Origin: a virus
Length of the DNA: 64,000 nucleotides
Strand: one strand, 5' to 3'
Virus record (IMG/VR): IMGVR_UViG_3300034105_002043
Coordinates: 1-64,000 of that record
The notes beneath the pieces were generated by a model. The model saw nothing but the letters and a program-made list of their open reading frames with translations. It was not told the origin of the DNA and ran no database searches. The position numbers and the translations under genes were made by a program. Shown here piece after piece: positions 1-9,344 of the stretch; position 1 is the stretch's first letter; every line of letters begins with the position of its first letter.

Positions 1-317
1 GTTGTACCTCCGCCAACGTAGGTTTTTGTTTCGTCAGTTGTAGCACTTGGCTCTCCTTTTGGTTTAGTGTCTTCACTATCTTTTGTCCCTGATACAACAC
101 TTGTACTATTACCTTGTGGCAAATCATTTTCAATATCCTCTAAAATCAACGTGTTTTTTTTAGGAGGTGTGTTTGGTAAAGGACTTATTGGAATTATAAT
201 TTCAGGTTCGGCTACCTGCGAACTACCATTCTCATAAACAGGAATTTCATAAGTAGGCATCATTTGACTATCATAGTCTGAAACGTACATTTTGGTTAAA
301 TTTGTATCTTGTCGCAT
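1..317 (-). CDS. Hypothetical Pro/Thr/acidic protein, 3' end outside window
   Basis: Open frame MRQDTNLTKMYVSDYDSQ... from ATG at 317 runs off the window edge; read manually. Confidence 0.7.
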   Translation of the reverse strand, partial: MRQDTNLTKMYVSDYDSQMMPTYEIPVYENGSSQVAEPEIIIPISPLPNTPPKKNTLILEDIENDLPQGNSTSVVSGTKDSEDTKPKGEPSATTDETKTYVGGGT

Positions 318-326
318 AATATTTTT

Positions 327-887
327 TTATTTTTTTACTATTACGTCTTCTCTCAACCAAAAAAAGTCTGTTTTTGGAGTAAGAAGTATAGGTGTATCTT
401 CTTTAATTTGTTTAATCGCTTCAGCAGATGGCTTAATTTTAAACCAAACATAAACTTTGCCTTGCGAATTAGCCATTTTTCCCTTGTCTTGAGCAACGTC
501 TGTAACGATTCCTGCATACGTTCCTTTTCGAGTAATTTTACCACCAACTCCATTATTTACAAACCAACCATTATTAACATAAGGTGTTATTCTTGGGTTG
601 ACATTTTCAAGTTTAGTATAAATTTTTTGATTTAACATTTTTAACTTGATTTGAGCAAGAGGCAATTTCAAAATATCTGACAAAGCAGGGTCTATATTTG
701 CTTGTTCGGTAGTAATTGTATCTCCGCTTGGAGTAACAATAATATCTTCTTCCTTATCTTCTTCTTTTTCAACTGTTGCATCAGCAGTATCTAACAAAGG
801 TTTTTTCTTTGTAATTACTACATAAGCAACTACCGCTAAAGCGATAGCCAATCCTGAATATAAGTATAATTTTTTATCGCCGTTCAT
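327..887 (-). CDS. Membrane-anchored protein with bacterial SH3-like domain (paralogue of 4288..4848)
   Basis: N-terminal TM (start more likely MNGDKK); NVNPR...VNNG...W.....WLREDVI pattern typical of SH3b. Confidence 0.6.
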   Translation of the reverse strand: MNGDKKLYLYSGLAIALAVVAYVVITKKKPLLDTADATVEKEEDKEEDIIVTPSGDTITTEQANIDPALSDILKLPLAQIKLKMLNQKIYTKLENVNPRITPYVNNGWFVNNGVGGKITRKGTYAGIVTDVAQDKGKMANSQGKVYVWFKIKPSAEAIKQIKEDTPILLTPKTDFFWLREDVIVKK

Positions 888-891
888 CTTT

Positions 892-1056
892 TTATTTTTT
901 AGCGTTGTCAATTCCTTTAATCACACTATCAAAATCCGCTTTTAGTTGAGGGTCATTTGAAATATCTTTTTTATCTGCTTTTTTGAAAGCAAAATAGAGT
1001 AATCCAATTACTATAATTGAAGTGCCACCTATGATAATTATTTTTTTATTGTCCAT
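892..1056 (-). CDS. Small single-TM protein
   Basis: MDNKKIIIIGGTSIIVIGLLYFAFKK anchor; start reassigned to avoid overlap. Confidence 0.75.
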   Translation of the reverse strand: MDNKKIIIIGGTSIIVIGLLYFAFKKADKKDISNDPQLKADFDSVIKGIDNAKK

Positions 1057-1060
1057 AATT

Positions 1061-1522
1061 TTACTTTTTAAATGCTTTATAAACATAAGCAATACCAACA
1101 ATACCTCCAACAATAGCAACTATACTAATTGTCTTTTTAAAAGCATCGCCTCCTAAAACCGAATTTATGCCACCAAACACACCTGAACTAACATTAGAAA
1201 CAGTATCAAGACCTCCTACTACAATATCACTTGCAGTTCCATATCCCTCTAAAATAGGTGTAAAAACACCCGCTCCCTGAAATGGCGAAAGACCGTTATC
1301 TTTTACATATTTTCTAAAATCTGTATTGAAAGTACGACAATCAAGGTTGCTACTTAAATTTCCTGATTTAGCATAGGCATAATTCCAAATATCTTTTGCA
1401 GTTGGTTTCCCAAAATGCTCTGCTAATCTTTTATGATATGTAACCCAATCTATACAACTCCAAGAAGTATCAATTCCCCATTCATCATAATCAGGTACGG
1501 TGTTCCAATTTATTACTGCCAT
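1061..1522 (-). CDS. Trp-rich protein with C-terminal TM anchor
   Basis: ORF track; TM ISIVAIVGGIVGIAYVYK. Confidence 0.75.
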   Translation of the reverse strand: MAVINWNTVPDYDEWGIDTSWSCIDWVTYHKRLAEHFGKPTAKDIWNYAYAKSGNLSSNLDCRTFNTDFRKYVKDNGLSPFQGAGVFTPILEGYGTASDIVVGGLDTVSNVSSGVFGGINSVLGGDAFKKTISIVAIVGGIVGIAYVYKAFKK

Positions 1523-1560
1523 ATCTTTATTATATTTAGTAAATACAAATTTAATTAAAT

Positions 1561-2022
1561 TTATACAATTTTAGTTACTTTTCCATTAACTTCTGCATAC
1601 CCTAAATCATTTATCAACTTTTCTAAATCTGCTATTTGAGTGTCTAATTCTTTACTTTTTCTGTCACGAAGTAAACTTTGAAGACTTCCTCCTCCAATTC
1701 CCCCTGCTCCAAAAATTCCAACACCACTTGTTACGTTTGGCAATAATGCGAGTTGTCTTCTTTGAGTTTTCAAATCATCAATTTTTATTGCAAGTGCTTT
1801 AGCGTCTGCCATTTTTTGAGCAATTTTTTCAACTTCTTCAGGGGACGTTATAACTGCGCCTGTTGGCGGTACGGTTATTAATGAGTTTGGATTAGCAGTT
1901 GGTAATCCTGAATTTGATGTACCCGTGTCTGTGATAACAGGTTTTTTAGGTCTAAAATAAAAAAAAGCCCCTACACCTAAAACGCCTACTGCTCCAATTA
2001 TTAAAACTCTTTTCGTGTCCAT
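1561..2022 (-). CDS. N-anchored coiled-coil membrane protein (paralogue of 2039..2542)
   Basis: Shared VPPTG..L/I.SP.EVE..A.K.A.AK.LA.KI.DL and LG..EVNG....IV C-terminus. Confidence 0.8.
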   Translation of the reverse strand: MDTKRVLIIGAVGVLGVGAFFYFRPKKPVITDTGTSNSGLPTANPNSLITVPPTGAVITSPEEVEKIAQKMADAKALAIKIDDLKTQRRQLALLPNVTSGVGIFGAGGIGGGSLQSLLRDRKSKELDTQIADLEKLINDLGYAEVNGKVTKIV

Positions 2023-2038
2023 ATTTTTTAATTTAAAA

Positions 2039-2542
2039 TTATACTATTCTGTTTATTGAGCCATTAACTTCCATAAAACCTAACTTACCTATTTGCTCGT
2101 CTAAATTTTTTATTTCTTCTTCTAACCTTTTGATTTCTTGCTCTTTATAAAATTTTAAATTTGCATCTCCGCCAAAACCATAATTTCTAATACCTGAATA
2201 AGTTTCATAATCTCTCAAACTCATAGCGATAACAGAAGTTCTTTTCGTTCTTAAATCTGATATTTTAGTTGCTAAACTTTTTGCTTCAGCAATTTTTTTA
2301 GCCAAATCTTCAACTTCAGCAGGAGTTGACAAAGTAGTCCCTGTTGGAGGTACGCCTGTTGTACCTGTTGTACCTGTTGTGCCTGTTGCACCTGTTGTAC
2401 CTGTTGTACCTGTTGTACCTGTTGTACCTGTTGTACCCGTTGTTCCCGAACCTGATGTTACTGATTTTTTAGGCTTGAAGTAAAAATATGCCCCAACTCC
2501 TAATATAAGCACACCTCCAATTATTATTACTTTCTTGTCCAT
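2039..2542 (-). CDS. N-anchored coiled-coil membrane protein with (GTT)n linker
   Basis: TM, about 10 Gly-Thr-Thr repeats, paralogous C-terminal domain. Confidence 0.8.
   Translation of the reverse strand: MDKKVIIIGGVLILGVGAYFYFKPKKSVTSGSGTTGTTGTTGTTGTTGTTGATGTTGTTGTTGVPPTGTTLSTPAEVEDLAKKIAEAKSLATKISDLRTKRTSVIAMSLRDYETYSGIRNYGFGGDANLKFYKEQEIKRLEEEIKNLDEQIGKLGFMEVNGSINRIV
2355..2446. repeat. 9-bp tandem repeat (cctgttgta)n encoding Gly-Thr-Thr
   Basis: Directly visible tandem array. Confidence 0.9.
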
Positions 2543-2547
2543 ATTTT

Positions 2548-2865
2548 TTATTTTTTAGTAATGAATTTATTATAATCGTTCAATGAAGTTTGAGTTACTT
2601 TCATAACTGCTTTTAATCTTGCCTCTGTTTTATCGCCAAAATCCTCATCATCAACTAATTGTTTCAATGCTCTTTGAAGTATTCCTACCTCAACTCCTTT
2701 CGAGCCTTTTTTCAATACTTTATCATAATCTGCTTTTGCAGGTGGCGTGTTTTGCCCGAAATCAGTTTTTTCTTCAGTTGGTTGCGGAGTTTTCTTAAAG
2801 AATAAATATATTCCTAAAGCAACTAACCCTATTGAAACTAATAATACTTTTTGATTGTCTTTCAT
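2548..2865 (-). CDS. TM protein with peptidoglycan-binding (PGBD-like) domain
   Basis: LKKGSKGVEVGILQRAL...DEDFGDKTE matches PG_binding_1 pattern. Confidence 0.7.
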   Translation of the reverse strand: MKDNQKVLLVSIGLVALGIYLFFKKTPQPTEEKTDFGQNTPPAKADYDKVLKKGSKGVEVGILQRALKQLVDDEDFGDKTEARLKAVMKVTQTSLNDYNKFITKK

Positions 2866-2876
2866 AACTTATTTTT

Positions 2877-3086
2877 TTAAACTGTTGGAACAAATGGTGG
2901 TGTAGCGTTTGGTGGAATATTAGTAGGCGTTTCCATAGGTGGTTCTAAATGACTCCCTGCTTCTGCTTCTGCTATATCCTCATTTTTAAAATTGAAAGTT
3001 AAATTTCCATTTTTAATTTTATTATACAGAAAATATCCCCCCAATCCAAGTAGTATCGTACCAAATATGTAATAGCCTTTTCCCAT
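2877..3086 (-). CDS. Small single-TM protein, Pro-rich tail
   Basis: ORF track; N-terminal TM. Confidence 0.7.
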   Translation of the reverse strand: MGKGYYIFGTILLGLGGYFLYNKIKNGNLTFNFKNEDIAEAEAGSHLEPPMETPTNIPPNATPPFVPTV

Positions 3087-3087
3087 T

Positions 3088-3444
3088 TTACAAATCTTTT
3101 AATGCAATTTGATTCACTCCTTTTGCTTTTAATAACCCCGCTAAAGTAAACGAACCGAATATACCGTCAATACCATCTTGATTATCTCCAAAAGTACCTA
3201 AATTTTGACCATATTTTTCAATAAGGATTCTTTGCATTTCAGCAACTTCAGGGTTTTCAGAACCTTGTTTTAAGACTAAATTTACATCTAACGTACTTGG
3301 TTCAGGCATAGTTTGTTTAGGTATTTGCATAACCTCAACGCCTAAAGGCTTGTTCTTAAATAAGAAGTAAATTAATACTCCTAATCCTAAAACTACTCCA
3401 CCAATAATTAATTGGGTTTTTCTGTCTTTTACATTTACTTGCAT
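3088..3444 (-). CDS. TM protein with PGBD-like domain
   Basis: LKQGSENPEVAEMQRIL...GIDGIFGSFT. Confidence 0.75.
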   Translation of the reverse strand: MQVNVKDRKTQLIIGGVVLGLGVLIYFLFKNKPLGVEVMQIPKQTMPEPSTLDVNLVLKQGSENPEVAEMQRILIEKYGQNLGTFGDNQDGIDGIFGSFTLAGLLKAKGVNQIALKDL

Positions 3445-3445
3445 A

Positions 3446-3778
3446 TTACAAATCTTTTAATTTTATTTCTGTTACGTTTTTTGCTTTCCTTAAAGCAACT
3501 TCTGTCAGCAATCCAAAATCGCCGTCAATACCGTCTTTGTTTACACCCGAATCTCCCAAAATAGCATTATAATCCTTTTTAAGAACTCTTTGTAATTCAG
3601 AAACTTCTGCTCCTTGAGAACCTTTTTTAAGAACCTTTTCCTCATCTAAAGTAGAGGTTTGTAAATCAGCAGGTAGAGGCTTCGGTAAACTATGTAGCCA
3701 TTTACTAACTAAATAAACTCCTAATATAATCCCACCTCCGATTAATAAATACTTTTTTTGTTTTGCGTCTAATGTCAT
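3446..3778 (-). CDS. TM protein with PGBD-like domain
   Basis: LKKGSQGAEVSELQRVL...GIDGDFGLLTE. Confidence 0.75.
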   Translation of the reverse strand: MTLDAKQKKYLLIGGGIILGVYLVSKWLHSLPKPLPADLQTSTLDEEKVLKKGSQGAEVSELQRVLKKDYNAILGDSGVNKDGIDGDFGLLTEVALRKAKNVTEIKLKDL

Positions 3779-3797
3779 AATTTCTATTTTTTATTTT

Positions 3798-4283
3798 TTA
3801 GTATTCAACACACGTTGGCGGACAAGGTGTAGTTATACAAGTGCTTTGCACCCATTTTTTACAAGGTCTGTCTGCAACTTGTGGCGAACTCACAACAGGT
3901 TGAGGTTGTTTAAAAAAACTTGTCACTAAATCCGAATCTTCTTTCGTAGAAATGCCCTGACTTTTATCTCCCTCTTGATTTAAAATCATAATCCAATACG
4001 CTTTAAAAAACTTATCTACATTTGCTCTGCTTAAATCTTTTCCATTAGTTTTAGCATTTTCAAAAAGAGTTTTTAAATCGTTAATTCCTTTTTGTGGGTC
4101 TTGAACTTTTATACCTTTATTTGAGGCAAATGCACTTGACTTATTTACAAGGTCAGTAATTAACTTATCTAATTCTGCATCTGTGTAAGGGGTTGATTGA
4201 AGTTTTTCCTTTTGATTTTTATTATAAAAATAATAAACGAAAACGGCTACCCCAAGTCCTATTAATAAATTTTTATTGTTCAT
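3798..4283 (-). CDS. N-anchored membrane protein with Cys-rich C-terminus
   Basis: TM; CKKWVQSTCITTPCPPTC. Confidence 0.7.
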   Translation of the reverse strand: MNNKNLLIGLGVAVFVYYFYNKNQKEKLQSTPYTDAELDKLITDLVNKSSAFASNKGIKVQDPQKGINDLKTLFENAKTNGKDLSRANVDKFFKAYWIMILNQEGDKSQGISTKEDSDLVTSFFKQPQPVVSSPQVADRPCKKWVQSTCITTPCPPTCVEY

Positions 4284-4287
4284 AACC

Positions 4288-4848
4288 TTATTTTTTATTA
4301 TTCATATTAACAACAACTACGTCTGACCTTACCCAACGTAAAGACGGGTCTTTTGGCTTCATCATATCCCAACTGAAATTCTTTTTAATTTCAAATAGTT
4401 GATTTGAGTTTTCTTCATTTACTGCAAACCATATTTTTTTATCATCTCCTAATTTAGCAGTTACAATTTTACCTATAAATGACTTTTTTTTAGGTATTGT
4501 ACCCGCTATATTATTAAAAATACCATTATTAACTCCCGCACCCATTCTAACTTTTACATTATCAGTAGATGTATAAAATTTCTGACCTATATACTTTTCG
4601 TATTTTTTATTTTTTAATGCTTCGTCTATGCTTTTTTTGTATTCAGCAATCGAAATTTTAACTCCTTTACTTACTCCAACATTGACAGGGTTTCCACTTG
4701 CATTTTCGTAATCGAAATCAACGTTTTCATCATCAATAATTCCGACAGGTCTTGGTTTTTGTTTCTTTTTAGACAAAAAATAAACAGTTGCTAATCCTGC
4801 GACTACCAAACCACCTATTAATACTATTTTTTTTGTTCCTGATTCCAT
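4288..4848 (-). CDS. Membrane-anchored protein with bacterial SH3-like domain
   Basis: TM; DNVKVR...VNNG...IWF...WVRSDVV; carries YENASG motif. Confidence 0.65.
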   Translation of the reverse strand: MESGTKKIVLIGGLVVAGLATVYFLSKKKQKPRPVGIIDDENVDFDYENASGNPVNVGVSKGVKISIAEYKKSIDEALKNKKYEKYIGQKFYTSTDNVKVRMGAGVNNGIFNNIAGTIPKKKSFIGKIVTAKLGDDKKIWFAVNEENSNQLFEIKKNFSWDMMKPKDPSLRWVRSDVVVVNMNNKK

Positions 4849-4850
4849 TT

Positions 4851-5135
4851 TTATCCTTTAATAATTTCAACTTTTGGATTTCCGTCTTTATCTTTTACAT
4901 CTCTACCCCATTTTCTTAACCAAATGTCTTCTCCAAAGACGTGTAACTCATAGCCGTTAAATGTTGTAATATCAACGCCTTTATCAGTTGTAAACTCTTT
5001 CGTTGAACCTCCTAAAGAAGCCGTTCCTGTTCCATCTTTTCTAACTACAACTTTTGCCTTTGGCGGTATTAAAAAAAAGACTAATCCCGTTAAAGCAACA
5101 ACACCACCGATAATTAATACTTTTTTATTAGCCAT
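4851..5135 (-). CDS. Single-TM protein with small beta domain
   Basis: ORF track; N-terminal TM. Confidence 0.7.
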   Translation of the reverse strand: MANKKVLIIGGVVALTGLVFFLIPPKAKVVVRKDGTGTASLGGSTKEFTTDKGVDITTFNGYELHVFGEDIWLRKWGRDVKDKDGNPKVEIIKG

Positions 5136-5146
5136 AAGTCAATAAA

Positions 5147-5890
5147 TTACTCTTTGGTTAAAAGATAGCCCAATATAAAAGCAACGACTATCATTATTTT
5201 AGTATTATCTCCATTTCTTCTTTTTATTTCTGTTAAATTTTCAATAGCATTTGATTTATCATTACTATTAAAAACTTTAAATTCATTAAAAGAAAGAACA
5301 GGTTTACCACCTTGAAATCCTGAAGCATCATAAGGGTTAAATGTTCCTGAAACAATATAACCTTTCAATATTTCGCCTTTTGAAACGCTAACACAAGGAG
5401 GTCTTGCGACAGTTTGCATCATTTGAGATTGAGTTAATTGACCACAAAATCCACTTTGCTTATCAACCAAAGATTCAACTCTAATAATTTCTAATGGTTT
5501 TAGTTTTCCGTCTTTTAATGCCACGTCATATTGATTTTGCAAATCAACTTGGTATGTTTCAACAGGTAAAAATATTACGGTGTTTTTAGGTTGAGGAAGT
5601 TCTTGAACTCCTGATTGCCCCATTCTATTTTCCCATTTGTTCAAAATATTAAATTCTTGAACAACTAAATATGGTTTTTTTTCAACTAAAAAATTATTAG
5701 ACGAATCATATTGAGGCATAGCAATTTTTACATCACTTACCATAGGAGGTAAACTATTTCTATAATCAAGTAAACTTTGAGATAATTGATATTCTCTTGT
5801 TTGTTCAGCCAAAATTTTTTTTTGTTCAGCCAAACTAACTGCTTGTTCTAAATTTTGAGCATCTATACTAACTCCTGCAAAACTTCCCAT
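5147..5890 (-). CDS. C-terminally anchored membrane protein
   Basis: C-terminal IMIVVAFILGYLLTKE, similar to anchor of 6631..7722. Confidence 0.7.
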   Translation of the reverse strand: MGSFAGVSIDAQNLEQAVSLAEQKKILAEQTREYQLSQSLLDYRNSLPPMVSDVKIAMPQYDSSNNFLVEKKPYLVVQEFNILNKWENRMGQSGVQELPQPKNTVIFLPVETYQVDLQNQYDVALKDGKLKPLEIIRVESLVDKQSGFCGQLTQSQMMQTVARPPCVSVSKGEILKGYIVSGTFNPYDASGFQGGKPVLSFNEFKVFNSNDKSNAIENLTEIKRRNGDNTKIMIVVAFILGYLLTKE

Positions 5891-5892
5891 AA

Positions 5893-6618
5893 TTATTCAG
5901 TTTTATTTTTTTTAAATATTGCGTAACCAACTAAAATAGCAAGAACGCCAAACATCACATATTTTAAATTATCAGGTTTTTCAGCAGGTGGAACTATATT
6001 TTGAACCGTATAATCGGGTTTATTCATACCCTCTCCTGAACTACCATTAGCACTTAATAAGTCGTCTGTCGTATCGTAAGGCAAATTATTTAATGCAGTA
6101 TATAACTTTTTAGTTTCTTCGGCAGACATTGTATATCCTTTTCTGTAATGCTTCAAAACTCTTTTCAAAGTGCTTAAAGGATTTACAATAGTATTAATTA
6201 CCAATTTTCTATCCTTTAAGTCTTTAAGAGTATTATTACCATAATACAAGTCGTTACCGTCAGTAGCCAACATTGATATTGTAAAATCAAATCGGGCAAT
6301 AGTGTCCATTGGATTTTTAGCAAATATTTTTACTAAATCGTAAGTATTACCCTTGTAGGTAACTTTCATACCATTATCGCTTTCCCAAATAGTTTTTGCG
6401 CCTTTAGACTGCAAATATTTTTTTGCTTTATCGAATTCCGTTATGTTTGGGAAGAAAATATCGCAATCAGACTTTAAGGGTTTTTCCGTGAAATAATCTC
6501 TTAAAACACCTCCTGCAATCCAACAGTTAATTCCGTTCTTTTTTAATTCTTGTAGAATTAAATTATTGAAGTAAACAAGGGTCAAAGTTTTATTTACATT
6601 TATAGTTTTATTTGCCAT
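5893..6618 (-). CDS. Nucleotidyltransferase (CCA/poly(A) polymerase head-like) with C-terminal TM anchor
   Basis: WIAGGVLRD, SDCDIFF (DxD) and RFDFTISM motifs; C-terminal TM. Confidence 0.75.
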   Translation of the reverse strand: MANKTINVNKTLTLVYFNNLILQELKKNGINCWIAGGVLRDYFTEKPLKSDCDIFFPNITEFDKAKKYLQSKGAKTIWESDNGMKVTYKGNTYDLVKIFAKNPMDTIARFDFTISMLATDGNDLYYGNNTLKDLKDRKLVINTIVNPLSTLKRVLKHYRKGYTMSAEETKKLYTALNNLPYDTTDDLLSANGSSGEGMNKPDYTVQNIVPPAEKPDNLKYVMFGVLAILVGYAIFKKNKTE

Positions 6619-6630
6619 AATTTAGATTTA

Positions 6631-7722
6631 TTAAGTAGTTGGTGTATCTTTTCCGAATAAAACGTAGCCTAATAAAAAAGCCCCTACAATCATCAAAATA
6701 TTTTTGTTATTATCTTTAACAGGAACAACTACACCGCTATTAGTCGGAATATTTGTTGGATTTTTTTTTGTTAAGTATTCAACAGGAATTTCTAATTGAC
6801 CTGATTGTCCCATTCCACTAACAAGAAGAACATCGTAATATATCGAAGTTTCAGGCATACCATTAATAGATTTTCCTGTGATACTCTTTTGTCTAATTAA
6901 ATTACCCGTTACTTCCATTCCAATCGGAAGTGTTTCATAATTAGCAGTTTGTTCATATTGTAACCTACCTGCACCACCTAATTCATAAAGAGGTCTTACA
7001 TTTGTATATGATTTTATAAACTGAAAAGGCTTACTAATTGTATAAGTTACATTTGTTTCTAATACTTGACCTGATTGCGGTACAGAACGAATTGTAGGGT
7101 CAAAAGGAGGTATTATCTTTACAGGAGGCATATCATATACAGGTTGTGGCTTCATATTAGCACCGTATAAAATTCCTGTTGAAACAGTAACCGCTAAATT
7201 ATCATCAACTTTTCTTAAATAATCTTTAGGAATTGAAAATTCTTTTTGATTTTTTAAATCTCCTAAATTGCTAAAAAATCCAACTGATTTAGGGGTGTTT
7301 TGGTCAGGCACAACATAATTAGGATTTTGGATAATTGCATTGTTTCCGTCAAAACGAAGCACGTTCACTACATTTCCTTTTGAGAAAGTACCTACTTGTG
7401 GCTCTGAATTTACCTTTACAGGTTGCGGAAATAGTGCTTCCCACTTAATATTTTTTAAACCCCCTGTTCCATCGCCATCAAAATTATAAAATTCTTTAGT
7501 AGGTAAGGCAACTTCTTTTTTGATACCTGTATTTAATAATTGTGCTAAATTAATATTAGACCAAAAACCCTGTACTTTGTAATCATAAATAAATTCATAC
7601 TTCCCTAATTTCTCAAGAACACCAATTGGGTTTTCGTTAATTATTGAAACCGCCTTTATAGGTCTAATCATTGATATACTGCCTACTTCATTTTCTAAAA
7701 CTAAATCTTTATAATTTTGCAT
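6631..7722 (-). CDS. C-anchored protein with two SH3-like beta modules
   Basis: KYEFIYDY...FSKGNVV...FSIPKDYLRKVDD shared with 9528, 22334 and 22828; C-terminal TM. Confidence 0.6.
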   Translation of the reverse strand: MQNYKDLVLENEVGSISMIRPIKAVSIINENPIGVLEKLGKYEFIYDYKVQGFWSNINLAQLLNTGIKKEVALPTKEFYNFDGDGTGGLKNIKWEALFPQPVKVNSEPQVGTFSKGNVVNVLRFDGNNAIIQNPNYVVPDQNTPKSVGFFSNLGDLKNQKEFSIPKDYLRKVDDNLAVTVSTGILYGANMKPQPVYDMPPVKIIPPFDPTIRSVPQSGQVLETNVTYTISKPFQFIKSYTNVRPLYELGGAGRLQYEQTANYETLPIGMEVTGNLIRQKSITGKSINGMPETSIYYDVLLVSGMGQSGQLEIPVEYLTKKNPTNIPTNSGVVVPVKDNNKNILMIVGAFLLGYVLFGKDTPTT

Positions 7723-7733
7723 AACTTTATATT

Positions 7734-8519
7734 TTATCTGAATACTATATTATTTTTCTCAAAGTTGTCGATAAAGTTTTTAATCTTATCGTAACGTCTT
7801 TTATTTTCTTGACTTGGGTAATGTTCAAAAACCTCTAAAAAGGCTTCACAAGCCTCAATTCTTGGATAACCAAGTCCTAAATAAATCAATAATCCATTTA
7901 TGTCAGCCTCGCTTTCATCAGTCATATCTTCGTTAACGTAGAAATGACTAAATTCGTGGCAAAGAATCGCAAATCTCATAGGTATTGTGTATTCATCAAA
8001 CTGTTTCTTTGATACTTGAATACGACCCGTCATTCTTGATATTCTCGCAGGTGTTGTAAGTTCTTTTCCTTTTGAATCAACTATTGTTGGCAACAATTCA
8101 ATCATAAAACTTCCATTATCTGACTGATATGATTTATTTGCTTGTAAATAAGGCGCATTAAAACAAAATCTCTGCGCAAAATCAACAAAATGTGCTATTG
8201 TTGGGTTGTGAATGTCAACCACATCTATTCTTTTTTGTAAAGGTGTTTTGTCAACCGAAACAACTTTTACGTTTTTTTCTTGTTCTTGAGGGGTGTTCCC
8301 CTTTCTATCATCATAAACAGAAACTATTATGCTTTTAGAAGTAATTGGCATACGAACATAAAAAGTGTAATCAGAATTTACGGTCTTGTATCTGTTGGTA
8401 AAAACGATTTTTGGTTTTTGCTCGTCAAAAATTTTAATTCTGACTTTAGTAGGCATTGTAACTGCTACTTTTACCACCAAGCACATTTCTTCGTATCTTG
8501 TATCTAACCTTAAATTCAT
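7734..8519 (-). CDS. Zincin metalloprotease (HExxH), candidate virion maturation protease
   Basis: FAILCHEFSHFY...ESEAD; soluble gene embedded among structural genes. Confidence 0.7.
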   Translation of the reverse strand: MNLRLDTRYEEMCLVVKVAVTMPTKVRIKIFDEQKPKIVFTNRYKTVNSDYTFYVRMPITSKSIIVSVYDDRKGNTPQEQEKNVKVVSVDKTPLQKRIDVVDIHNPTIAHFVDFAQRFCFNAPYLQANKSYQSDNGSFMIELLPTIVDSKGKELTTPARISRMTGRIQVSKKQFDEYTIPMRFAILCHEFSHFYVNEDMTDESEADINGLLIYLGLGYPRIEACEAFLEVFEHYPSQENKRRYDKIKNFIDNFEKNNIVFR

Positions 8520-8520
8520 A

Positions 8521-8856
8521 CTACTTTCTTTTTTGGTAAATTTTATATCCTATTGCACCAATTATAATCAATCCTGATAACAACAAAACTGTTTTGTTCA
8601 AACCTAAAAAAGTATTATCCTTTTCCTTTTTATCATCAAGAGGTAAATCAATACCTAAATCAATTCTATTTTGCTTTTTTATTTGTTCAATCCAAGTCTT
8701 GTCATCAATTTCTCCATTTTCATCAGCAAAATTTTCAAACTTTTTATTAGTTAAAAACGCACCTTTGTCTTTTTCTCTTTGAATCCAATCGGCGAAACTT
8801 AACGAAGTCCCGCTTTCTCTCCAAATTTTATTTGGACTTTTCTGTTTACTTTCCAT
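8521..8856 (-). CDS. C-anchored membrane protein
   Basis: SFADWIQREK helix, FENFADENG motif, C-terminal TM. Confidence 0.75.
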   Translation of the reverse strand: MESKQKSPNKIWRESGTSLSFADWIQREKDKGAFLTNKKFENFADENGEIDDKTWIEQIKKQNRIDLGIDLPLDDKKEKDNTFLGLNKTVLLLSGLIIIGAIGYKIYQKRK

Positions 8857-8859
8857 AGT

Positions 8860-9018
8860 CTATTTTGTTGTTGTTGTTGTTGTTGTTGGAGAAGTTTTAC
8901 CGCTTTTTATTTCGTTATCAACTTCTAATCTTGGTTTTAAGAACCCCTTATATAGATAAACTAATAGTCCTACTGAAGCCCCTAACATAACGATTCCTAT
9001 AATTTTTTTAGTTTCCAT
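8860..9018 (-). CDS. 52-aa single-TM protein (not in ORF track)
   Basis: METKKIIGIVMLGASVGLLVYLYKGFLKPRLEVDNEIKSGKTSPTTTTTTTK fills the gap exactly. Confidence 0.8.
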   Translation of the reverse strand: METKKIIGIVMLGASVGLLVYLYKGFLKPRLEVDNEIKSGKTSPTTTTTTTK

Positions 9019-9034
9019 AAGGTTATTTTATTTA

Positions 9035-9334
9035 TTAATCAAGGAATTGACCTTGACCTGTTAATTGAGTTTGTTTTTGTGTGCCAATTAAAGGCTCAAC
9101 TATTTGACTAACTTTGTCTTTTATAGTTTTTACAGGCTTAATACCCCCTGTATTGTCTAAAGAATCGGCAATCGCCTGTGAAACAGGTACGTCATCTACA
9201 AATGTTCCTGTTGTAGAAGAATTCAAATTAGTATATGCAATTGCATCTGATGTTGCAGACTTATTTTTCCAAGCGTAATAAGCAAGTAATCCCCCTGCTA
9301 TTAACAATCCGTAAATCATTGTATCTTTACTCAT
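9035..9334 (-). CDS. Single-TM protein
   Basis: ORF track; N-terminal TM. Confidence 0.75.
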   Translation of the reverse strand: MSKDTMIYGLLIAGGLLAYYAWKNKSATSDAIAYTNLNSSTTGTFVDDVPVSQAIADSLDNTGGIKPVKTIKDKVSQIVEPLIGTQKQTQLTGQGQFLD

Positions 9335-9344
9335 AATTTATTTT

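Noticed and set aside
892-1119. Track starts for 892..1119, 327..911 and 58872..59312
   Set aside because: The extensions overlap upstream genes; downstream ATGs (1056, 887, 59240) have the typical A-rich context
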